The notes under the pieces were generated by a model that did not search any database, was not told where the DNA came from, and saw only the letters and a program-made list of their open reading frames with translations. DNA of 14,437 nucleotides from Gemmatimonadota bacterium. Its GTDB lineage: Bacteria > Latescibacterota > UBA2968 > UBA8231. Shown piece after piece: positions 1 to 6,118 of this stretch. The position numbers and the translations under genes were made by a program. The stretch spans positions 1 through 14,437 of the forward strand of contig JAYPJE010000082.1 in the NCBI GenBank assembly GCA_038128265.1. Direction: 5' to 3'. The first letter of the stretch is position 1, and each line of letters starts with the position of its first letter.

Positions 1-48
1 GTATACGAAGCACCGGACGAGTCGCACCACGCGCGTTTTTAAGTTGGA

Positions 49-927
49 TTGAACATATCGCTGGCCGAATGGGCCGCCCTCTCCTGCGCGCTAATCTGGG
101 CGACCAACGGCCTGCTGCTGCGCACCCAATCCGAACACGTCACGCCCGGTGCCATGAACGCCATTCGCTGCGCCGTGGCCGGCGTGGCCTTTTGGCTGGC
201 CATCCCCTTTGACAGCGTGCCCCTGACCGGCCTGCTCGAGGTAACGCTGGCCGAGTGGGGCATGATGCTGGCTGCGCTCAGCCTGGGCGTTGCGCTGGGC
301 GACACGCTCTACCTGATCGCCATGAAGGAAATCGGCGTCTCGCGCACCCTGGCGCTAACAGGCACCTTTCCGCTGACGACGCTGTTCTGGCAAACCCTCC
401 TGCTCGACGCACCCTTTAACCCAACGCTGCTGCTGGGCAGTGCGCTGGTCGTGGGCGGGCTGTTCTTTCTTTCGCGCAGCGGTGCGGCCGACGAGCGACC
501 CGTGCGCCTGCAGTGGGGCATTGCCCTATCGCTGATCGCCGCTCTATGCTGGGGCTTCTCGGCCACCCTGCTCAAACCGGCCACCGTGCACATGAGCGCG
601 ATTCAGACCAACGCCATCCGCATGCCGCTCATCGCCCTGCTGCTCTTTGTCGCGCGCGTGCTGCCCAGCGGCAACGAGCGCCTGCGCGGCATCCGCCCGC
701 GCAGCCTGCTCATCGTCGGTGCCACCGGCCTGCTCGGCATGGGCGTGGGCGCCTACCTCTTTATTTATGCGCTCACGCAGGCCAATCCGGCCAAGGTCGT
801 TACGCTAACCTCGAGTTCGCCGCTCTTTGGCATGCTGCTGGCCGCTGTTTTTTTGGGGGAAAAAATTACGCTGCAAATCGCCCTAGGTATGGCGCTATGC
901 ATGGGCGGGGTCTACGTCGTGCTGTAG
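49..927 (+). CDS. EamA/DMT (drug/metabolite transporter) family permease
   Basis: 292 aa, about 10 hydrophobic segments in two EamA-like halves (ALIWATN...NAIR...AMKEIGVSRT...FPL; ALCWGFS...NAIR...SSPLFGMLLAAVFLGEKIT). The TTG start is uncertain. Confidence 0.9.
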   Translation: MNISLAEWAALSCALIWATNGLLLRTQSEHVTPGAMNAIRCAVAGVAFWLAIPFDSVPLTGLLEVTLAEWGMMLAALSLGVALGDTLYLIAMKEIGVSRTLALTGTFPLTTLFWQTLLLDAPFNPTLLLGSALVVGGLFFLSRSGAADERPVRLQWGIALSLIAALCWGFSATLLKPATVHMSAIQTNAIRMPLIALLLFVARVLPSGNERLRGIRPRSLLIVGATGLLGMGVGAYLFIYALTQANPAKVVTLTSSSPLFGMLLAAVFLGEKITLQIALGMALCMGGVYVVL

Positions 928-960
928 AAGCGCTGGGATTTCTCTACCGCGCGCCGCCGG

Positions 961-1779
961 TTACTCTGGCCCGTACCACCACACCTTGCGCCGTATCCGC
1001 ACGCTGGCGCCCTTGGCGATACTGGCGAAAGAGCTTTTCAGATATAGCATGTCGAAAAAGCGCTGTCGAGGCCGGGACTGCACCATGCCATCGGCGACCT
1101 GCTTCCACTGAGCCGCTGTTTCTACGATCACGCGATCCTCGCCTATCAGGGTAGCGGATATGACAGTGCGAATAAAGTACGACCCCTTTGACCACAGCTC
1201 CACGTTGTCTCTGTGCTCCAACTCATACGGTATACCCATCAAGTCTCTGCCGTGGTGCGCCTTATCGTATACGCGCTGGCGCATACGCCGATCGCTCTCG
1301 GGGGCGCGCTCGTCCCACGCACTACCGTCTTCCAACTCGACGTTGGAAATTTCCGTATAGTGGTGCGTACAGCACAGGTAGTCCCTTGTCACGTACTTGC
1401 CCAGCCCCTCGACACCGGACTCGGTCATCTCGCCGTATATATCCACCAACATCGCATCAATGGCCGGCACGCCTGTCCAATTGCCCGTGATGGGGTCCTC
1501 GGATAGCAGCAAACTCGGCTCGTAGTCCATCAGCTCCATCGCGCGACAGCAGAGGTTCATATTCAACCGCTCCTGGCCGGCGATAATGCGCCCTAGCGTA
1601 TTGTTGGTAACGCCCAGTGCTTCTGCTAGCTGAGTTTGGCTCCATCCCCGCACCCCCATAGCTTGAGCGAGGCGACTGCCAATGGTCACAGAGTAGGATA
1701 CATCTGTACTGCTGAGGTCTGCGCGCGCGCTGGGCGCGCCCCTACCCGCGTCGTTTGACGATGTACTACGCACAGACAT
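961..1779 (-). CDS. XRE/Cro-C1 HTH regulator with putative NTF2/SnoaL-like C-terminal domain (paralog 1)
   Basis: IGSRLAQAMGVRGWSQTQLAEALGVTNNTLGRIIAGQ is a typical HTH_3 motif. Start moved from 1809 to ATG 1779 because GGAGG (1790-1794) lies directly after the upstream stop. The C-terminal fold is inferred from the sequence pattern only. Confidence 0.8.
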   Translation of the reverse strand: MSVRSTSSNDAGRGAPSARADLSSTDVSYSVTIGSRLAQAMGVRGWSQTQLAEALGVTNNTLGRIIAGQERLNMNLCCRAMELMDYEPSLLLSEDPITGNWTGVPAIDAMLVDIYGEMTESGVEGLGKYVTRDYLCCTHHYTEISNVELEDGSAWDERAPESDRRMRQRVYDKAHHGRDLMGIPYELEHRDNVELWSKGSYFIRTVISATLIGEDRVIVETAAQWKQVADGMVQSRPRQRFFDMLYLKSSFASIAKGASVRIRRKVWWYGPE

Positions 1780-2406
1780 AGCGCCATATCCTCCGTTAAC
1801 CGCCCGCACTGGGGCGGCCCAAGCTAAACCATACCTTGCGCCGTATCCGCACGCTGGCGCCCTTGGAAATGCTCATAAATGTGTTCTTCAGGTAAAACAT
1901 ATCTGCACAGTTAAACCGACTCTCTAGCGCATCGCTGTCGATCATTCTCCGCTGGACATCCACCTGCACAAAGACGCAATCCTCGTCTATCAGGACCGCT
2001 GAAGCGACGTGGCGCACATAGCGCGTGCCCAATGAACCGCGCAGATTTTCTTTTCTCTCCAACTCGTACGGAATCCCGATGAGTTCTCTGCCGTAATGCG
2101 CCCTGTCGTATACGCGCTGTCGCAGCGCGCTGTCGCCTCGTGGCGCGTCCTCTTCCCACGCCCCTCCGTCTTCCAGCTCGCACGTAGATTCGTCGACGTA
2201 GTGGTGCGAACAGCACAGATAGTCACCCGTCACGTACTTGCCCAGCTCCTCGACGCCAGACTGACTCGTCTCGCCGTATACATCCGTCAGCATCGCATCG
2301 ATGGCGGGCAAGCCCGTCCAACTGCCTGCAATCGGCTCCTCGGATAGCAACAGGCTTGGCTCGTAGCCCATGACCTCCATCGCGCGACAGCAGAGGTTCA
2401 TATTCA
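983..2406. repeat. Tandem gene duplication with exact nucleotide blocks
   Basis: 34 bp ACCTTGCGCCGTATCCGCACGCTGGCGCCCTTGG at 983-1016 and 1833-1866; 32 bp CTCCATCGCGCGACAGCAGAGGTTCATATTCA at 1534-1565 and 2375-2406. Period about 840-850 bp. Confidence 0.95.
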
Positions 2407-2620
2407 GCCGCTCTTGGCCGGCGATGACCCGCCCCAGCGTATTGTTTGTAACGCTCAGTTCGCCCGCCAGTTGGGTCTGGCTCCAGCCGCGTGCGCGCAT
2501 CGCCTTAGACAGACGACTACCAATATGCCGCGAGTACTGCACATCTGTGAACTTGGGGGATTGACGGCCGCTGCGCGGCACCTTTTCCACGCTCTCTATC
2601 AACCCGTCGCGCACATCCAT
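1796..2620 (-). CDS. XRE/Cro-C1 HTH regulator with putative NTF2/SnoaL-like C-terminal domain (paralog 2)
   Basis: IGSRLSKAMRARGWSQTQLAGELSVTNNTLGRVIAGQ; colinear with paralog 1. Start moved to ATG 2620 (MDVRDG), with GGAGG at 2628-2632, 7 nt upstream. Confidence 0.8.
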   Translation of the reverse strand: MDVRDGLIESVEKVPRSGRQSPKFTDVQYSRHIGSRLSKAMRARGWSQTQLAGELSVTNNTLGRVIAGQERLNMNLCCRAMEVMGYEPSLLLSEEPIAGSWTGLPAIDAMLTDVYGETSQSGVEELGKYVTGDYLCCSHHYVDESTCELEDGGAWEEDAPRGDSALRQRVYDRAHYGRELIGIPYELERKENLRGSLGTRYVRHVASAVLIDEDCVFVQVDVQRRMIDSDALESRFNCADMFYLKNTFMSISKGASVRIRRKVWFSLGRPSAGG

Positions 2621-2884
2621 ATAGCATCCTCCAGTAGAATCTTTGAGTAGCGATCCCCTGTATAAGAAAACGGCTGCGACGGCGCAAGCTATTTTATGGA
2701 ACACTTAACGGGCACGTTCGACTGATTAACCCTGCGTATTGGACCCAAACCGCACTGCGCACAAACACGCCAAGCATTGCCTGCATCCTGCGGTGGCATA
2801 GATTCAGACAGGCATAGTAAATGCGGCATACGGCACCGCAGACCGATCTGCCTGTGGGGCGGGCTCGCACGAAAGAAATTCCAT

Positions 2885-3496
2885 ATGAGAAGTCGACCCG
2901 AGAATGGACATCGCCATTGGCGCCGACGCGCAGTGCAGCGGCTGTGGGGACTCGCCCTGCTGGTGCTGCCAGTGGCCTGCGCGGACGAAGGCGACCCATC
3001 CACTGGCGATGCGGTCGACTTTGCGCGCTGGACAAACCCCGTTACCGGTGCCGTTGTCGAGCTGCCCGAAGGCTGGCGCCACAGTCCGGACACGGCGGCC
3101 AGCGGCCGGACCGTCGTCGGCTACTTTCTGCCGCGCTACGCTTGGATGAAAGGCCAGTACGGCCATATCAGCCTGCACCGAGAAGACCTAGCGGACGCGC
3201 CCCTCAGCATTGAAGAGTACAGCGAGCGTCTAGTGGCCTATCTACAACCCCAAGCAGAAAGCGTTACGCAGACCGTCTTCGCCAAGGGTGCCGACGTAGA
3301 AAAGGCGCATTTTGAGGTAGAGACTATTTACCAGCGCAAACGCAAGGTGCTGCGCTGCCTGGTATGGACGCGCGGCGACGGCCACTTCTGGTACGCCATT
3401 ACCGAACTGCTGGCCAGCGACCGCGCGTTTATCGCCCAAGCCACGCCCGTCGTCGACCGACTTGTCGACAGCACGGCACCTATACCCGCACCTTAA
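2885..3496 (+). CDS. Putative lipoprotein of unknown function (possibly PsbP/DcrB-like fold)
   Basis: Basic N-terminus, then LWGLALLVLPVAC (lipobox-like VAC). AVVELPEGW resembles the PsbP/DcrB start motif. Start is ATG 2885 or GTG 2933, not 2777. Confidence 0.6.
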   Translation: MRSRPENGHRHWRRRAVQRLWGLALLVLPVACADEGDPSTGDAVDFARWTNPVTGAVVELPEGWRHSPDTAASGRTVVGYFLPRYAWMKGQYGHISLHREDLADAPLSIEEYSERLVAYLQPQAESVTQTVFAKGADVEKAHFEVETIYQRKRKVLRCLVWTRGDGHFWYAITELLASDRAFIAQATPVVDRLVDSTAPIPAP

Positions 3497-3926
3497 CGAC
3501 GACCTTTTTAACCGGCTGCGAGGCATCAATAGCCATGCCCGGCATATGCGCATCCTGCGGCTTTAGGATGGTGAAGTAGCCGGCGCGCAGCGTGTAAAAT
3601 TCGCCCTCGCCTTCCAGCGTATAGAAGTCTTTTTCCTCGTCGTAGGGGTTGGCCTGCATGCCCTCGACCGGGCGATAGCCCATGTGTTCAGCACCGGCGG
3701 CCACATACTGCACGTCGAGATAGGCGTGATGAGCCTCCCAGAAGCCCTCGCTCTTGGGCTTGGAATCGTATTCCTGCACCAGCGCATAAACCTCGTCGCC
3801 GTCTATGTCGTAGCGGTCGGGGGCTACCTGGCTAAAGTCCGTTTCCTGCAGGTAGCGCAGGGCCTTCTCAATGCCTGCGCCCAGCGCATAGTACTGCGCG
3901 GCATTTTTTAATTCATCGACAATCAT
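3480..3926 (-). CDS. YhcH/YjgK/YiaL (NanQ/TabA-like) family protein
   Basis: MIVDEL...KALRYL...RYDIDGDEVYALVQEY...WEAHHAYLDVQYV..GAE...PQDAHMP...VKKVVVKV. GGAGGA RBS at 3931-3936 supports ATG 3926. Confidence 0.92.
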   Translation of the reverse strand: MIVDELKNAAQYYALGAGIEKALRYLQETDFSQVAPDRYDIDGDEVYALVQEYDSKPKSEGFWEAHHAYLDVQYVAAGAEHMGYRPVEGMQANPYDEEKDFYTLEGEGEFYTLRAGYFTILKPQDAHMPGMAIDASQPVKKVVVKVRV

Positions 3927-4165
3927 TCTCTCCTCCATGGTGTATATGACCATCGCACGGGCGATGGAGCTGCTTGTAATGCCGTGGACCTTTCGCGCTA
4001 CTTCGCGCTATCCCGTGTGTAATAGGCGCTACAAAATGCCTCGAACGTTATACGCATAGACGCACCCTGTGCCGAGCGTCACCGCGCCCAACGCGGCGAA
4101 CATTCTACGCATAACTGCACGCCGACACAACTAGTTAATCCATCGCAAAAGCCCCGTCCCACCGC

Positions 4166-4182
4166 TTAGCACGCCTTTTGCA
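4166..4182 (+). promoter_or_regulatory. Possible degenerate sigma54 (-24/-12) promoter upstream of the peptide cassette
   Basis: TTAGCACGCCTTTTGCA versus consensus YTGGCACGNNNNTTGCW. Spacing is correct, but the first G of the conserved GG is A. Confidence 0.3.
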
Positions 4183-4230
4183 ACGCCCGCTCCCATCGGC
4201 ACGCACCGCACGCGACAGCGCTGGACGAAT

Positions 4231-5019
4231 ATGGGCGACACTGGTATAACACATCGCTTTTTGAGCAGCATTCCGCACAACGCAGAGGCGCGATGCGCCG
4301 CGCGTGTACCTCCCTGGAGGCTCGCTACTATCGTCTTCTGGCTGGTTGGGTTCGCGGTGCTGTCAGCCGTCGTCGCCGGTGGCTGCGCGCTCGGCATCTG
4401 GCACCTGTCGTCGCGTTACTCGATGCATCTGAACCACCAAGAAATGGCTTTTGCCGTTACCACATCGTCCTATGCGCTCTGCAGCGCAATGGGTCTGACT
4501 TTTATACTGCACCAGCTGAGAAAATCATCGCACTCACTGCGCGACCTGTGGGGTCCACCGACCCTGCGCGGGCGGCACATTGCGCTGGGCCTCGCCGCCG
4601 GCGCACTGCTGATGGGCATGCAGGCGTGGCTGCACGCGCTCTTGGCAGGCTTTCCCACGTCGCCGCCCTACGCCATGCGGATAGGCTGGCCACTGGCCCT
4701 GGCCATAGAGCTGCTGGTAAACGCCGTTTTCATTGGCTGCACTGAAGAAGTGCTCTTTCGCGGCGCCGTTTTCCGCACGCTGCAGGGGCGCTTTTCAAGC
4801 GGACCAGCCGTCGTCCTTTCCACCGCTCTATTCGCACTATTCCACTTTGACTACGCGCACAGCCTGCCAGCCATGACCTATGTCGTAGCCCTGGGCGTTT
4901 CGACGGCGCTGCTGTTGGTGCATACGCACTCGCTCAACGCCTCCGTCGCCCTGCACGCGGCCGGCAACGCGGCCGAGCGCCTGATACACTACGCGCCCTA
5001 CGCGCTGCCGCCGACCTAA
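4231..5019 (+). CDS. CPBP/Abi (type II CAAX) family intramembrane glutamic protease
   Basis: Motifs EEVLFRG, FALFH and HAAGN (EExxxR, FxxxH, HxxxN) in a polytopic membrane protein. Start uncertain. Confidence 0.92.
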   Translation: MGDTGITHRFLSSIPHNAEARCAARVPPWRLATIVFWLVGFAVLSAVVAGGCALGIWHLSSRYSMHLNHQEMAFAVTTSSYALCSAMGLTFILHQLRKSSHSLRDLWGPPTLRGRHIALGLAAGALLMGMQAWLHALLAGFPTSPPYAMRIGWPLALAIELLVNAVFIGCTEEVLFRGAVFRTLQGRFSSGPAVVLSTALFALFHFDYAHSLPAMTYVVALGVSTALLLVHTHSLNASVALHAAGNAAERLIHYAPYALPPT

Positions 5020-5025
5020 AGAGCC

Positions 5026-5640
5026 GTGCGAGACAAGACCATGCGCCAGGGAAATAAATGCGTTGAGCCGCCGCTCACCGCTGGGGATGCCAGCGCGAAC
5101 CAGAGACGTGCGATGGGGGGCATACTCCTACTGATAAGTGCCGTGGCGTTAGCGAGCAGCCTGTATGCCCTTGCACCGCCAGAAACTCGAGACGGCGCAC
5201 GCCGCCACTGGGCGGCCTGGTCTAAGGGTGCCCAATACAAAGGGCTGCAGGACGTCACGCTGCAGACGCATCGCACCAACTGCGGTCCGGCCGCCCTGCA
5301 CATGGCGCTGGCCCGGCTGGGCATTCACCGCCCACTGGAGGCGATCGAGGCGTCCACCGGCACCGACCGCAGCGGCACCTCGCTCTTTGCGCTGGGACGG
5401 TATGCCGAAGACCAGGGCGTAGGCGCAGCTCTATGGCACCTAAATATGGACGACCTGGTCGAGCGCAACCAACTGCCAGCCATCGCCTTTGTCGAGAACA
5501 ACCACTTTGTCGTCATCGACTCTATCGGGCACGGCGGTGACCTGTGGCTGCGCGATCCGGCCATTGGCCAACTGCACATGACGCGCGCGGCGTTTCAGCG
5601 CATATGGCAGGGCGAGGTCATCCTGCTCGACGCGCCGTAG
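5026..5640 (+). CDS. Stand-alone C39 cysteine peptidase with N-terminal membrane anchor/signal
   Basis: LQTHRTNCGPAAL (oxyanion Gln, catalytic Cys), GTSLFAL, NHFVVID (His), RDPAIG (Asp), FQRIWQG. Hydrophobic GGILLLISAVALASSLYALA follows RR. No ABC domain. Start may be 5026 or 5041. Confidence 0.92.
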   Translation: MRDKTMRQGNKCVEPPLTAGDASANQRRAMGGILLLISAVALASSLYALAPPETRDGARRHWAAWSKGAQYKGLQDVTLQTHRTNCGPAALHMALARLGIHRPLEAIEASTGTDRSGTSLFALGRYAEDQGVGAALWHLNMDDLVERNQLPAIAFVENNHFVVIDSIGHGGDLWLRDPAIGQLHMTRAAFQRIWQGEVILLDAP

Positions 5641-5645
5641 TCTTT

Positions 5646-6013
5646 TTCACCGTGTGGGGGAACGGCTGTTCTAACGACCGGTATTTCAAAGGAGCATTAC
5701 ATGATTAAACGCATCTGCAGCAGCTACGCGCTGGCGGCAGCCATGGCGATGGGACTCTTTGTCCAGAGCATCACGGCCAACCGCAGCGAGGTGATATCCC
5801 GGCCAATCTCGCTGTTGGAGGCACAGCATACAAAGGGCGCGGCCCTGGGCATTGTCACCATACCTTGGTCCGTTTACATCGCGGCCATAACCGTCGATGC
5901 CGCCTTTGTCGCGAGCATGGTAAACCTATTTATCGCATCGAGCGAAGCCGAAGAAAAATAGACCTTTCACGCGCACTCTAAGCGCTGACAAGTAGAGCGC
6001 TCCACACGGTGAA
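5646..6013. repeat. 12-bp perfect inverted repeat flanking the precursor gene
   Basis: TTCACCGTGTGG (5646-5657) is the exact reverse complement of CCACACGGTGAA (6002-6013). Confidence 0.9.
5701..5961 (+). CDS. Putative secreted peptide precursor: signal peptide + double-glycine-type (GA) leader + hydrophobic core
   Basis: Strong RBS AAAGGAG at 5688-5694. MIKR + hydrophobic stretch + ITA forms a signal peptide. ISLLEAQHTKGA matches the register of LSxxELxxIxG(G/A). Directly downstream of a C39 peptidase. Confidence 0.8.
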   Translation: MIKRICSSYALAAAMAMGLFVQSITANRSEVISRPISLLEAQHTKGAALGIVTIPWSVYIAAITVDAAFVASMVNLFIASSEAEEK

Positions 6014-6019
6014 TGGGCA

Positions 6020-6053
6020 GGGCTGTCGACCTCGGCAACGGGGTCGACAGCCC
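6020..6053 (+). other. Strong RNA stem-loop (15 bp, GCAA tetraloop) after the precursor gene
   Basis: GGGCTGTCGACCTCG-GCAA-CGGGGTCGACAGCCC gives 14 Watson-Crick pairs plus 1 G-U and a GNRA loop. No U-tract follows. Confidence 0.85.
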
Positions 6054-6118
6054 CGAGCCTAGCGGCGCTCCGCTACGCCGAGCAGCGCACGCACCCGCTT
6101 ACCGAAAGAGGCGAAACT

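Noticed and set aside
961..2620. Diversity-generating retroelement (template/variable repeat) explanation for the duplicated genes
   Set aside because: Both copies are full ORFs, the differences are not confined to adenines, and there is no reverse transcriptase in the window.
2885..2980. Tat signal (HWRRRAV) in the lipoprotein
   Set aside because: It lacks the S/T-RR-x-F-L context, and the arginines are lost if the start is GTG 2933.
5701..5961. Lanthipeptide, thiopeptide or sactipeptide precursor
   Set aside because: The core has no Cys and there are no modifying enzymes (LanM, YcaO, radical SAM) in the window.
5646..6013. IS/MITE terminal inverted repeats
   Set aside because: No transposase and no evident target-site duplication, and the enclosed gene fits functionally with its neighbours.
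6020..6053. Canonical Rho-independent terminator
   Set aside because: No U-tract on either side, so it is reported as a stability/attenuation hairpin instead.
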